From the sequence record KJ019142.1: a stretch of DNA of 64,000 bases; one strand, 5' to 3'. Of this stretch, positions 37,970 through 46,672 are shown one piece after another. The notes below the pieces were generated by a model, which was given only the letters and a program-made list of their open reading frames with translations, ran no database searches and was not told where the DNA came from. The position numbers and the translations under genes were made by a program. Every line of letters begins with the position of its first letter. Within the stretch, counting starts at the first letter, position 1.

Positions 37970-38134
37970 ATGAAAAGCAACTACCTTCTTCTAATGTCTC
38001 ACTGGAAACGAGCAATGACTATGGGTAAGAAACAAGAAGCTGAAGACCTTATGTTACAAATCAAGGAGATAGTTTCTTCTGGTAATGTAACAGATAGGGA
38101 GTTGACAGCAGGTAAGTTTATTGGTTGGCGTTAA
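37970..38134 (+). CDS. Small hypothetical protein (absent from track)
   Basis: MKSNYLLLMSHWKRAMTMGKKQEAE...; ATG abuts the upstream stop. Confidence 0.5.
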   Translation: MKSNYLLLMSHWKRAMTMGKKQEAEDLMLQIKEIVSSGNVTDRELTAGKFIGWR

Positions 38135-38148
38135 GTAACATAAACTCA

Positions 38149-38295
38149 TTTTTCCATTACCAGGATGGCAGGGACTACCTACCATCCCTTTTTTATGCCG
38201 ATATGGTTTTTTACGAGTTTGGGTCTAGTGCCTGACTGGGTTCTCAGGGAGCAACAAACCCCATATCACCCCGATACCACCCCCCTACACAAAAC
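38149..38295. repeat. Second repeat family, copy A (about 147 bp)
   Basis: Gapless 73/98 identity of 38198-38295 to 47442-47539, plus equally spaced upstream blocks. Confidence 0.8.
38163..38194 (+). terminator. Probable Rho-independent terminator
   Basis: GGATGG...CCATCC-CTTTTTT (large loop). Confidence 0.5.
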
Positions 38296-38305
38296 CACAA
38301 ACCAT

Positions 38306-38365
38306 TGTGCCAGTTGGACTAGTGGCACAACCCCCCTAGGCAAGACCCCCCCTATCGTGTATTGT
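38306..38365 (+). promoter_or_regulatory. Cassette 9 (TAGGCA-17-TATTGT)
   Basis: TGTGCCAGTTGGACTAGTGGCACA. Confidence 0.85.
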
Positions 38366-38411
38366 ATAGAAGTGGAGGGGAAACCCACCACACAAACCAC
38401 TAACTAACCAA

Positions 38412-38594
38412 ATGAACCGCATCCAACTCAACAAAGAACTCACACAACTTCGCGAAGAACGTGAAAAAGCACAACGTGAAGTTGATAACATCCAAGGATG
38501 TATGAATGAGTTAATGAGGAAGCGAAATGAGTTGGATATGGAACAAGAAGAGCGTTCAGGTCAGATGTTATTCGACCAGATGTTCGGAGGTTGA
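38412..38594 (+). CDS. Small coiled-coil early protein
   Basis: Behind cassette 9; ends LFDQMFGG. Confidence 0.65.
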   Translation: MNRIQLNKELTQLREEREKAQREVDNIQGCMNELMRKRNELDMEQEERSGQMLFDQMFGG

Positions 38595-38623
38595 GTTAGT
38601 AACACAAACTATTCACTAAAACA

Positions 38624-38869
38624 ATGAACACAACAACAATCAACATTCTCAAATCACTGGACATTCTTTCCACTTTGATTCAAGCATTCTATGAGATTGG
38701 ATATGAACTTGGCACCTTCTATCGCAACCATCTCCATTCACATGTGAAGTTTGCTATTGAATACTCTGGTCTCGTTATTCGTGAGACCTATAGTAACCGC
38801 CAAGAGTATTTCACAAAACTGAATAACCTTCGCAACCAAGCTGGTTCATACTTTGTCTATAGCGTGTGA
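38624..38869 (+). CDS. Hypothetical protein
   Basis: Stop TGA supplied by box 10. Confidence 0.6.
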   Translation: MNTTTINILKSLDILSTLIQAFYEIGYELGTFYRNHLHSHVKFAIEYSGLVIRETYSNRQEYFTKLNNLRNQAGSYFVYSV

Positions 38870-38924
38870 CAGTTGAGGAAGTGGCACAAGCCCCCTAGGC
38901 AAACCCCTCCTCACCTGCTATACT
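38865..38924 (+). promoter_or_regulatory. Cassette 10 (TAGGCA-17-TATACT)
   Basis: TGTGACAGTTGAGGAAGTGGCACA. Confidence 0.85.
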
Positions 38925-38949
38925 ATATTCATACCAAAGGGAACCACCC

Positions 38950-39192
38950 ATGACTCACCTTTCTTTCACTCAAACCACACAAAACGCACTCCGTGAGTTG
39001 GATCGTTTAGAGGGAATAAAAGTTAGACTCGCTGGTCTGATTGTTGATCTTAAAGAGACACCATCAGCTAACTCTGAGACTTGGGTCAGGATGTATACTG
39101 ACCGCCTCGTTTCTAATGTTATCCCAGCCATCAAGGAAGTTAAAGAATATCTCACTAGTCAGGATGCACTAGTTACCAAAGCATCCAACTGA
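38950..39192 (+). CDS. Hypothetical early protein
   Basis: Sole gene between boxes 10 and 11. Confidence 0.65.
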   Translation: MTHLSFTQTTQNALRELDRLEGIKVRLAGLIVDLKETPSANSETWVRMYTDRLVSNVIPAIKEVKEYLTSQDALVTKASN

Positions 39193-39240
39193 CAAACTGG
39201 CACAAGGGGGGTTGGCAAGACCCCTCAAAACCCCTATACT
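39181..39240 (+). promoter_or_regulatory. Cassette 11 (TTGGCA-17-TATACT, degenerate left arm)
   Basis: GCATCCAACTGACAAACTGGCACA. Confidence 0.8.
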
Positions 39241-39269
39241 AAACACATACCAAACAAAGGGAACAACCC

Positions 39270-39521
39270 ATGGCTCAACAAATCAAAATGAGAACACGAG
39301 TTTATTCTGATGTGACAGTAAGAGATCCACAGAGATATTATGATAGTGTGTTTCAGGGTTATAATGAGTATTGGACACTATTAGAATCAGATGATCCAAA
39401 GTGTATCTTAGTTGAGACTACAGCACAATATGATCTAAACCCAGGGGGTTTGGATAACTTATATGATATGATTACACCTGAAATGTATCAGTCAACATAC
39501 AGAACCTATATTGAAGTCTAA
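39270..39521 (+). CDS. Hypothetical early protein
   Basis: Sole gene between boxes 11 and 12. Confidence 0.65.
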   Translation: MAQQIKMRTRVYSDVTVRDPQRYYDSVFQGYNEYWTLLESDDPKCILVETTAQYDLNPGGLDNLYDMITPEMYQSTYRTYIEV

Positions 39522-39523
39522 GA

Positions 39524-39582
39524 TGTGACAGTTGGGGAAGTGGCACACGCTTCCCCACAAACCACTCCATACCTGCTATACT
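39524..39582 (+). promoter_or_regulatory. Cassette 12 (CCCACA-17-TATACT)
   Basis: TGTGACAGTTGGGGAAGTGGCACA. Confidence 0.85.
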
Positions 39583-39606
39583 AAACACATACCAAAGGAA
39601 ACCAAC

Positions 39607-39804
39607 ATGGTTATCGACACTGAAAACTATTTCACCACTGACAACGATCTTCTTCAGACAGTATCACAATTCATTCTCTCACTGAATAATAAATTGATCA
39701 GTCAGAATGCGAACTTTATGGAGTCTATTGGCGTTGATACTTTGACTGACTTCAACCAACAACTCATCCTTGAATGTGAAGAATACAAGTGTTATGATGT
39801 ATAA
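39607..39804 (+). CDS. Hypothetical early protein
   Basis: AAGGA RBS after cassette 12; start revised. Confidence 0.6.
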   Translation: MVIDTENYFTTDNDLLQTVSQFILSLNNKLISQNANFMESIGVDTLTDFNQQLILECEEYKCYDV

Positions 39805-39941
39805 TGAGATTACTTATTCTCTTCTTGTTTGTTACTGGGTTTCTAGTCCTTAGATTCGGAGTTGTCCCCCATGACAACTACGTATTCGATTGTGATAATA
39901 TCCCACAAACAACAATCAACACCATCGCCTGTGGTGGTTAA
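39804..39941 (+). CDS. Small membrane protein (absent from track)
   Basis: MRLLILFLFVTGFLVLRFGVVP... Confidence 0.45.
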   Translation: MRLLILFLFVTGFLVLRFGVVPHDNYVFDCDNIPQTTINTIACGG

Positions 39942-39964
39942 CACTCAACCTCAACTATTTCACC

Positions 39965-40474
39965 ATGACTGATACCAACAAGGCTCAAACAATTGAAGAG
40001 CTGAAAGCTGAAGTTTCTGAACTGAAGGCAGCTAGGAAGGAAGAACTTCTGGCACAGGCAGAACAACGAAAGCAAGATGAGGAACTTCGTTCACTCGAAC
40101 TTCAGAAACAAGCTCTAGAAAGTGGTTCCCTCCCCTCCCCCACAGGCACACCTCAGTCACTACAACGTAGGATGACTGATATTGAAAACGCACGAGTTCG
40201 CACCTGGGCATATGCACTAGGAGCCTATTTCACTGGTCCTATCATGCCAGCTGTGGTGGCTAATCGTACTAAGAATTGGACACCTTTCTGGGCTGGATTG
40301 GGTCTTGGCATTGTATCTCTCCCCCTAGCATTTGCTGACCTTGGTATCATCTCCTCTGTCCCTGCAGCTGCTTTAGGAACTGTACTTCAGGCTCAGAAAT
40401 CTAACAAGAAGCGTGAGGAGTTGGGTATTGTTTCCCCTGAGGAAGCTGACCTTCTCCGTTTCAAACAGTTCTGA
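39965..40474 (+). CDS. Coiled-coil plus membrane-hairpin hypothetical protein
   Basis: Charged helical N-half, hydrophobic C-half. Confidence 0.65.
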   Translation: MTDTNKAQTIEELKAEVSELKAARKEELLAQAEQRKQDEELRSLELQKQALESGSLPSPTGTPQSLQRRMTDIENARVRTWAYALGAYFTGPIMPAVVANRTKNWTPFWAGLGLGIVSLPLAFADLGIISSVPAAALGTVLQAQKSNKKREELGIVSPEEADLLRFKQF

Positions 40475-40571
40475 TTAAGTTACATCTCTGACCTCCTCAG
40501 TTTATACTGACGACTAAACCAACTGAGAGCGCTGGTCCCCTCTCACAACTCACCTTATCTAACTATCTACT

Positions 40572-41108
40572 ATGGCTATTTTCTCCGAAGAGTTCACCAA
40601 CAGCATCAAGTCTAAAGTTGATTCAGTGAAGGATAAATTCACAGGTATCAACATCGGGAAACAGAGTGTTGTTGCTATTGTGGGAGGTACGTTGGTATTC
40701 TCTACCCTCGCAGTTGGTGCAGTTGGTGCTACAGTTCGTCAGGTTGTTGGTTCTAACATGGCAAAACAATGTAATGTGGCTGTTGGTAACTATGTGGAGT
40801 TGGCTGAAGTTCAGGAAACCGAACTAGTGAGGGCTAATGGATATATTCAATCGGTTCTAGAAAACCCTTGGAGCGCCCTAGTCCTTGGTGCTAGGATGTC
40901 TGAGATGGCAGACGAGATGAGTGCTCGTTGGGATGAGATTGGTGAAGCTGATGATAACTATTTGGAGGCATGTGTTCCTGATAGTGACTTCAAACAATGG
41001 GTGTTTGGTGGATATGTTGAAGCCGATCGTGAAGCTAAGTGGGAAGCAGAATCTACCCTAGAAGATACTCGCCAAATCACAATCAAACTCTCTGAACAAC
41101 TCGGATGA
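40572..41108 (+). CDS. Hypothetical membrane-anchored protein
   Basis: TM segment VVAIVGGTLVFSTLAVGAVGA. Confidence 0.65.
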   Translation: MAIFSEEFTNSIKSKVDSVKDKFTGINIGKQSVVAIVGGTLVFSTLAVGAVGATVRQVVGSNMAKQCNVAVGNYVELAEVQETELVRANGYIQSVLENPWSALVLGARMSEMADEMSARWDEIGEADDNYLEACVPDSDFKQWVFGGYVEADREAKWEAESTLEDTRQITIKLSEQLG

Positions 41109-41356
41109 ACAACCCTTTCGCCTCACTAACTACCGAAGAGTTTATCTCTCTATCTGATGCATGTGCTCTCTCTGAACAAATGTGGAGGGAGCGCTCCCGT
41201 TCTATAAAAGCAGGGGAGCCACGTTGGTTTTTAGATGGCGAACCTATGTTCACTGAGGAGGAATGTCGTTCAGAGATGAAACGATATCGTGAGTTACAGA
41301 AACGAGTTTCCTGGTTCACTCTCACACCAGAGGAGGGGGAGGGTGTGCCAGTCTAA
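41105..41356 (+). CDS. Hypothetical protein
   Basis: ATGA overlap; ends in box 13. Confidence 0.55.
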   Translation: MNNPFASLTTEEFISLSDACALSEQMWRERSRSIKAGEPRWFLDGEPMFTEEECRSEMKRYRELQKRVSWFTLTPEEGEGVPV

Positions 41357-41403
41357 GAAGTGGCACAACCCCCCTAGACAAACCCCTCTTTTTCTGCTAT
41401 ACT
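41344..41403 (+). promoter_or_regulatory. Cassette 13 (TAGACA-17-TATACT)
   Basis: TGTGCCAGTCTAAGAAGTGGCACA. Confidence 0.85.
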
Positions 41404-41425
41404 ATTCACATACAGACAAAACACT

Positions 41426-42331
41426 ATGGCTAAGAATCTCCACCTAGAACACCCAGAAGACCAGCTCCTCACTGGTGATGATAGTGTCATCAGTTGGTTC
41501 TATGCAACCTCTAGTTCCTCTGTGAAGATGGATGGGGCTCCTGCTATTGTATGGGGAACTAACCCAGAAAATGGTGAGTTCTTTGTGGGAACTAAGTCAG
41601 TGTTTAATAAGAAGAAGATCAAGATATGTTATACCCAGAAAGATATTACAACCTTATATGGTCATCAACCTAATGTGGTTGCTATCCTTACCGCCTGTTT
41701 GGCATACCTCCCCCGCACTGATGTAGTGTATCAGGGTGACTTTATTGGGTTTGGTGGTGATGATACTTACACCCCAAATACTGTCACCTATGTGTTCCCT
41801 GAGGTTGTTGAGGAACGTGTTATCATGGCACCCCATACTTTCTATGTGGGTGAGAAGATGACTGAGATGGATGCCTTCCCTATCTTATCCACTCTAGATG
41901 AATCACGTCACGTTCACTTTGTTCAACCTACCGTGGATATCTACAACAATAAGGCAAACTGGGAAGAGTTTCAGCGTTGTTATGATGAAGTGAAAGAGGT
42001 AGATGGTTTCCTAGGTATCAAGAGAGCCACAGAGGCAAAGATTATCATCAACCAGTTACTCCGTAACAACAAGTATCTTAGTATTCCACTATTGACTGAG
42101 ATCTTTGGTACCAAAGAGATGGCTATTCTCTACACCTTCGCATTACATGAGAAGTTCAGAATCCTTGAGGATGCTATCTATTACGATGGTCCTCAGTGTT
42201 TGTTAGATGGTGATGATGTAGAGTCTGAGGGTATTGTTAGAACCAACCAGTTTGGTTCTATGAAACTCGTCAATCGTTACATCTTCAGTGTAGCAAACTT
42301 CAACAACAGTAAGTTCAGAGAGGTGAAGTAA
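41426..42331 (+). CDS. Ligase/nucleotidyltransferase-like protein (KxDG motif)
   Basis: HLEHPED, SVKMDGAPAIVWG, VYQGDF, EGIV...MKLVNR resemble ligase-superfamily motifs I, III, IV and V. Confidence 0.6.
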   Translation: MAKNLHLEHPEDQLLTGDDSVISWFYATSSSSVKMDGAPAIVWGTNPENGEFFVGTKSVFNKKKIKICYTQKDITTLYGHQPNVVAILTACLAYLPRTDVVYQGDFIGFGGDDTYTPNTVTYVFPEVVEERVIMAPHTFYVGEKMTEMDAFPILSTLDESRHVHFVQPTVDIYNNKANWEEFQRCYDEVKEVDGFLGIKRATEAKIIINQLLRNNKYLSIPLLTEIFGTKEMAILYTFALHEKFRILEDAIYYDGPQCLLDGDDVESEGIVRTNQFGSMKLVNRYIFSVANFNNSKFREVK

Positions 42332-42525
42332 TGGTTGACTTCGATACTCTAACCCACGAAGAACTAGAGAGACTATCTGATGACTGTGAAGACTTTCTTC
42401 TTCATAGAAATATACCTCTAAGGTCACATTCCTATGAGAATATCATCAGACATGCTATTTTGGAAGGATACCAACTATCTCGGTATCCTGGTGTGACACC
42501 TGGGAAACTGGCACAAGACCCCTAG
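42331..42525 (+). CDS. Hypothetical protein
   Basis: Runs through box 14. Confidence 0.55.
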   Translation: MVDFDTLTHEELERLSDDCEDFLLHRNIPLRSHSYENIIRHAILEGYQLSRYPGVTPGKLAQDP

Positions 42526-42551
42526 ACAAACCAGACCACACCTGCTATACT
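42492..42551 (+). promoter_or_regulatory. Cassette 14 (TAGACA-17-TATACT)
   Basis: TGTGACACCTGGGAAACTGGCACA. Confidence 0.85.
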
Positions 42552-42575
42552 ATACTCATACCAAACAAACAACCC

Positions 42576-42833
42576 ATGCAACTCACAGCACAACACGCAA
42601 ACATCGTTGTTGATTTCTACCCTGTCAAGTACTCTGATGGTACTATCAGTGAGCGTCTAATGTATAAAACAGTGAAGTTCGTTGGTTCACCTCCATCCAA
42701 GTCATATATCAACAAAGAATCATTTGAAAAGGAAGTTGATTCCCGTGTTTATGGTTTTGGTTATGAGGTGACTGCTCTACATACAGAGCCACAACTCTTC
42801 AACTCTGCACTTGTTCAAACTCGCTGGTCATAA
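42576..42833 (+). CDS. Hypothetical early protein
   Basis: First gene after cassette 14. Confidence 0.65.
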   Translation: MQLTAQHANIVVDFYPVKYSDGTISERLMYKTVKFVGSPPSKSYINKESFEKEVDSRVYGFGYEVTALHTEPQLFNSALVQTRWS

Positions 42834-42835
42834 GT

Positions 42836-43027
42836 ATGAATTACACACAACGGTTGTATGAGGCTGAACAACTCTCCACTATGTGTTACCTCCAGGATAT
42901 TGATCTAATGGATTGTATCATGGAGGTACGTGATTATCTAGAGTTGGGTTATAATGAAAGTAAAGATATTGCCTCAGGTACATATAAAGTTCTCTCATCA
43001 ATGAATCCCAATGAGCCTATCAAATGA
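42836..43027 (+). CDS. Hypothetical protein
   Basis: Operon context. Confidence 0.5.
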   Translation: MNYTQRLYEAEQLSTMCYLQDIDLMDCIMEVRDYLELGYNESKDIASGTYKVLSSMNPNEPIK

Positions 43028-43382
43028 ATCAATGAAGAAACTTGTGGAAAACGTTGGACCTGATGTTTTCCATCTAATTGCTTCTGACCCATACTATACT
43101 GAGACCTTTATGAACCTATTACCTGGTGCAATCACTGAGGTTATTGGTGACACTTCCCCTGAACTTATTGGTGCTTTGGGTATCAGTATCATGAACAGAA
43201 TTGAGTTTGTTGGTGACGATGATGGTGGTGATAATAAAGCCGCTAAAGTATGGGAGGAGAGATATAGATCTCTGTTTCGTTATGTCAAAAACACATACGC
43301 ATCAGAGTATGTTGATGGGGCAGAATATGGTCAGATGGGTACAATGTATGGAGATTTTACTAGTACCTCGGAGTTAGACTGA
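43011..43382 (+). CDS. Hypothetical protein
   Basis: Operon context. Confidence 0.55.
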   Translation: MSLSNESMKKLVENVGPDVFHLIASDPYYTETFMNLLPGAITEVIGDTSPELIGALGISIMNRIEFVGDDDGGDNKAAKVWEERYRSLFRYVKNTYASEYVDGAEYGQMGTMYGDFTSTSELD

Positions 43383-43585
43383 TGCCATCATTTACACCCT
43401 ATGGTAGATACCAACTAACATCAGTTCAGGTAGATTTGATCCTACACTGCATGAGTGAGTATAAAGGACTCACCACACAGGAAGATAACGAGAGGAGAAA
43501 GATTGTAGAAGAACTTAGCAACTCTTTTGCTGATACTGACCCATCAGATCCTTACCTAGATCATTACTATACTTGTGACTATTGA
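43382..43585 (+). CDS. Hypothetical protein
   Basis: TGATG coupling. Confidence 0.55.
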   Translation: MPSFTPYGRYQLTSVQVDLILHCMSEYKGLTTQEDNERRKIVEELSNSFADTDPSDPYLDHYYTCDY

Positions 43586-43959
43586 TGAATGAACTCTTTC
43601 CTTTTCCTGGTTTCCAGTATAGATTAGACTATACAGATAACGGAACCCCAAAGCTATGTTGGTTTGAATGTGAGGATCATTTAGCCAAACATATATCTAG
43701 ATACAAACTAACAAAGAAAACTCACAGGGCAAAGATCCAAACCCCTCGCGGTGTGAAGTTGGCGAAAGACCCGCTAGCCACCAAACCAGCCAGGAAACGG
43801 AAAACCACCCCCTCAAAACCCAGTGATACCAAGGGTTCTAAAGTATCAAAAACTACAAAATCCATAACGAAGGGCAAGAAGGTAGAAACACCCACCCCCT
43901 CCCGTAGGAAAGCGAAGAAATCAGTTTTTAGTACCGTGGAGGACTTCTTTACCAAATGA
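43582..43959 (+). CDS. Hypothetical protein with Lys-rich tail
   Basis: FPFPGFQYRL...CWFECEDHLAKHISRYKL, then a histone-like basic tail. Confidence 0.65.
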   Translation: MMNELFPFPGFQYRLDYTDNGTPKLCWFECEDHLAKHISRYKLTKKTHRAKIQTPRGVKLAKDPLATKPARKRKTTPSKPSDTKGSKVSKTTKSITKGKKVETPTPSRRKAKKSVFSTVEDFFTK

Positions 43960-44147
43960 TTGTACCTAACGAATCAGAATTGCTTCACCTAAAGATACAA
44001 GCAGCAATGAGGGAGAATGCTTTTCCTCACAATCAGTTGATGTATCTGGGTGAGAGAGAAGATCAACACTGGTATCTAATAGCAGGAAAACATGAAGTGC
44101 CGGTAACAATGTTAGAAGGATTTGAGAGGATTGATGATGAAGAATGA
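43956..44147 (+). CDS. Hypothetical protein
   Basis: LLHLKIQAAMRE...HWYLIAG. Confidence 0.6.
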   Translation: MIVPNESELLHLKIQAAMRENAFPHNQLMYLGEREDQHWYLIAGKHEVPVTMLEGFERIDDEE

Positions 44148-44289
44148 TAAACTAAAGACATATCACCTAAAGGTAAAGTTTATGGATGAACTAACCTATG
44201 GTCAGTTTATTACAGCACCCAGTGAAGAGGAAGCCATGAGACTTTTCATTGAGGAGTATATCTACATCGCATCGGAGAGAGACACATGA
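44137..44289 (+). CDS. Small hypothetical protein (absent from track)
   Basis: MKNDKLKTYHLKVKF...ITAPSEEEAMRLF fills the gap with overlaps at both ends. Confidence 0.5.
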   Translation: MKNDKLKTYHLKVKFMDELTYGQFITAPSEEEAMRLFIEEYIYIASERDT

Positions 44290-44477
44290 ACCACAATAAG
44301 GTAGCAGAGGCTCTTCATGAAGAAGTAACTGATTATATCTTTAAGAACCATTATCGCCATATCAAATCAGTTTATACTGATGTTGTTGAGGAATACATAG
44401 AGAGGGAAGTGGGTCCTCTAACTGAGAAGAACCACAAACAACTAGTTAAACAACTCGTTAAATTCTACATCTCCTGA
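44286..44477 (+). CDS. Hypothetical protein
   Basis: ATGA overlap. Confidence 0.55.
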   Translation: MNHNKVAEALHEEVTDYIFKNHYRHIKSVYTDVVEEYIEREVGPLTEKNHKQLVKQLVKFYIS

Positions 44478-44491
44478 TTGAGCTTTTCGTT

Positions 44492-44701
44492 ATGTCTTCA
44501 CCATCAGCATTCACACCAGCATTAGGTCTAGAAGTTGAATACAGGGGCTTTGTGGGTTATATCAAGTTTATAGATGAAGAATATTTAACAGTGTGTGTGA
44601 AGAAGAAAGAGCACCAAATGTTTGGTGATGTTTGTATGGTTGTGTATCCAAGTCAGTGGGAACACATTAAACTAATGGGCGGACCTCACAGAGACCGCTA
44701 G
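44492..44701 (+). CDS. Hypothetical protein
   Basis: VEYRGFVGYIKFIDEEYLTVCV; stop in box 15. Confidence 0.6.
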   Translation: MSSPSAFTPALGLEVEYRGFVGYIKFIDEEYLTVCVKKKEHQMFGDVCMVVYPSQWEHIKLMGGPHRDR

Positions 44702-44758
44702 GACAGTTGGAGAAGTGTCACAAGGGGGGTTCGCAACCCTCCTTTTTTATGCTATACT
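44699..44758 (+). promoter_or_regulatory. Cassette 15 (TTCGCA-17-TATACT, hairpin)
   Basis: TAGGACAGTTGGAGAAGTGTCACA. Confidence 0.85.
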
Positions 44759-44785
44759 ATATTCATACCAAAGGGAACCACCCCC

Positions 44786-44932
44786 ATGACTATCAACTTC
44801 AAAAGTCTATTCATCACCACTTGTGTGGGTCTCACCCTAATACTAGGGAGCTTCGCTTTTACCAGTGATTATGGTACTGAGACCGGGCGTGGCGAACAGA
44901 CTGAGAGCCCTTACTACGGACCCGCTTTCTAA
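44786..44932 (+). CDS. Small signal-anchored protein (absent from track)
   Basis: MTINFKSLFITTCVGLTLILGSFAF...; sole gene between boxes 15 and 16. Confidence 0.6.
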   Translation: MTINFKSLFITTCVGLTLILGSFAFTSDYGTETGRGEQTESPYYGPAF

Positions 44933-44977
44933 AGTGGCACAAGGGGGGTTGGCAAGACCCTCTACACCTGCTATACT
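44918..44977 (+). promoter_or_regulatory. Cassette 16 (TTGGCA-17-TATACT, right half-site only)
   Basis: ...CTAAAGTGGCACA-AGGGGGG-TTGGCA. Confidence 0.8.
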
Positions 44978-45000
44978 AAACACATACCAAACAAGGAACC

Positions 45001-45177
45001 ATGTTCAAACTTCAACTTAAGTGGCAGAAAGAAGGTGAGTGGATTGATACAGTATACGCTCCTACAGAATACGCAACAGCTTTCTTTCGTTGGAGACAGT
45101 ACCAAGAGCTTTGGGGTGATACTCACACCTATCGCCTCCTCGATGTGACACCTCAGGAAGTGGCACAAGCCTCCTAG
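45001..45177 (+). CDS. Small early protein (absent from track)
   Basis: MFKLQLKWQKEGEWIDTVY...; AAGGA RBS; sole gene between boxes 16 and 17. Confidence 0.6.
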   Translation: MFKLQLKWQKEGEWIDTVYAPTEYATAFFRWRQYQELWGDTHTYRLLDVTPQEVAQAS

Positions 45178-45203
45178 GCAAACCACCCCACACCTGCTAT
45201 ACT
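45144..45203 (+). promoter_or_regulatory. Cassette 17 (TAGGCA-17-TATACT)
   Basis: TGTGACACCTCAGGAAGTGGCACA. Confidence 0.85.
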
Positions 45204-45226
45204 AAACACATACCAAACAAAGAACC

Positions 45227-45508
45227 ATGAATTTCAAGTCCTTCCTTCTCTCCTCTCTCATCGTTACCACTGGGCTAGTAGCTTCAGCACCAGGAGCCAA
45301 AGCCGCTGAATGTTTCAATGGTGATGGATATCGGGTTTGTATGGAGAGCTTAGGCATGAATCGTTGGGAAGTATCCTTTGAGAACAATCACGGATCAGAG
45401 TTTATGGAGGTTCAGTGTATTGGCAAGAGTGTGAGTGATTGGACCTCACGGGGTGATTTGAGTCAGTCTGAAGCACAGTATCTCGCAGAGGAATTCTGTT
45501 CCTGGTAA
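45227..45508 (+). CDS. Exported 4-Cys protein (paralog of 48473)
   Basis: Signal MNFKSFLLSSLIVTTGLVASAPGAKA; four Cys. Confidence 0.7.
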   Translation: MNFKSFLLSSLIVTTGLVASAPGAKAAECFNGDGYRVCMESLGMNRWEVSFENNHGSEFMEVQCIGKSVSDWTSRGDLSQSEAQYLAEEFCSW

Positions 45509-45541
45509 GATACACCAACTAACCAACTCTACACTATTATC

Positions 45542-45697
45542 ATGTTTGTATCCTTCACTGAAATCCAAGACTACATTCGCGAAGATCAATACACATATAG
45601 TGAGCGCCAGTTCCGCTCACGCAAGTATAAAAAGAACGAACGTCGTTACCAACGTCGCCAGAAACAACAACAAAGAGACCGCACCTACGACGTGTGA
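45542..45697 (+). CDS. Small basic protein (absent from track)
   Basis: MFVSFTEIQDYIRED...RKYKKNERRYQRRQKQ; TGA supplied by box 18. Confidence 0.55.
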   Translation: MFVSFTEIQDYIREDQYTYSERQFRSRKYKKNERRYQRRQKQQQRDRTYDV

Positions 45698-45751
45698 CAG
45701 TTGGAGAAGTGGCACACGCTTCTCCGCAAACCCCTAAGGGGGTGCTATACT
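45693..45751 (+). promoter_or_regulatory. Cassette 18 (TCCGCA-17-TATACT)
   Basis: TGTGACAGTTGGAGAAGTGGCACA. Confidence 0.85.
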
Positions 45752-45776
45752 ATATTCATACCAAAGGGAACCACCC

Positions 45777-46001
45777 ATGACCACCACCACTCCAAACCTC
45801 TACAACGAAGCTATCCGTCGTTTGGCTGACGGGTTCTCCTCAGAGTTCGCTGAGTTCTGTGCAGGAGACGAGAGGGTTCACGAGATCATGATGGAACTCG
45901 CTAGTGAGTTCGTAGAAACTAATATCCCTGTAGTGAGTGAGGACAGCCAGACTGACGTGGCATCTGAGCTCCTCATGAGTATCACAGTCACCAAGGTGTG
46001 A
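45777..46001 (+). CDS. Small acidic early protein
   Basis: Sole gene between boxes 18 and 19; TGA supplied by box 19. Confidence 0.65.
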   Translation: MTTTTPNLYNEAIRRLADGFSSEFAEFCAGDERVHEIMMELASEFVETNIPVVSEDSQTDVASELLMSITVTKV

Positions 46002-46056
46002 CAGTCTAGGAACTGGCACAAGGGGGGTTGGCAACACCCCCCAAACCCCTTATAAT
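45997..46056 (+). promoter_or_regulatory. Cassette 19 (TTGGCA-17-TATAAT)
   Basis: TGTGACAGTCTAGGAACTGGCACA. Confidence 0.85.
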
Positions 46057-46081
46057 AAACACATACCAAACAACCCAGACC

Positions 46082-46630
46082 ATGAACTTCAAGAAACTCT
46101 TCCTTTCCGCCCTCGCACTTGGTTCAGTTGTAGCCCCTTCAGCAAACGCTGGTTATACCTATGAGGGTTATCACTTGATGGATGGTTCTGACTTTCCTGG
46201 TTATGAGAGAGTGGCAACCCCAATGATTCAGGCTCTCAATGAAATGGGTGTTCCTGTTGTTGATGGTGGTAAGAATAACGTAGAAATGTGTATTCCTGAA
46301 GAGGAAAAGATGACTCTTGGTTTCTACGTTCCAGCATCCAATGTGATGGTTATCTGTACCAAGTCTATCCCAGGTTGGCTCCAGATGGAGACACTTACCC
46401 ACGAAACAGTTCATGTCATCCAAGACGCACGGGCTGGTATTGATAACGGAGATTTGGGAGAGGCACCAACCGATCACCTTATCACCCTCGCTAATGAGAT
46501 GGATCCCGATAAGATGAATATCATCTACAGCCTCTACGATGAGTCTGATTACGCAGTAGAGATTGAAGCTTTCTACTTTGAAACAGAACCCCAGGTGGTT
46601 ATGAATGAGATCCAGAAGTGGGCATTCTGA
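46082..46630 (+). CDS. Exported zincin-like metallopeptidase (HExxH)
   Basis: Signal MNFKKLFLSALALGSVVAPSANA; TLTHETVHVIQD; downstream EIEA. Confidence 0.7.
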   Translation: MNFKKLFLSALALGSVVAPSANAGYTYEGYHLMDGSDFPGYERVATPMIQALNEMGVPVVDGGKNNVEMCIPEEEKMTLGFYVPASNVMVICTKSIPGWLQMETLTHETVHVIQDARAGIDNGDLGEAPTDHLITLANEMDPDKMNIIYSLYDESDYAVEIEAFYFETEPQVVMNEIQKWAF

Positions 46631-46672
46631 TACACTAAGTAACACTCACCAAACACACTAACTAACAACATC

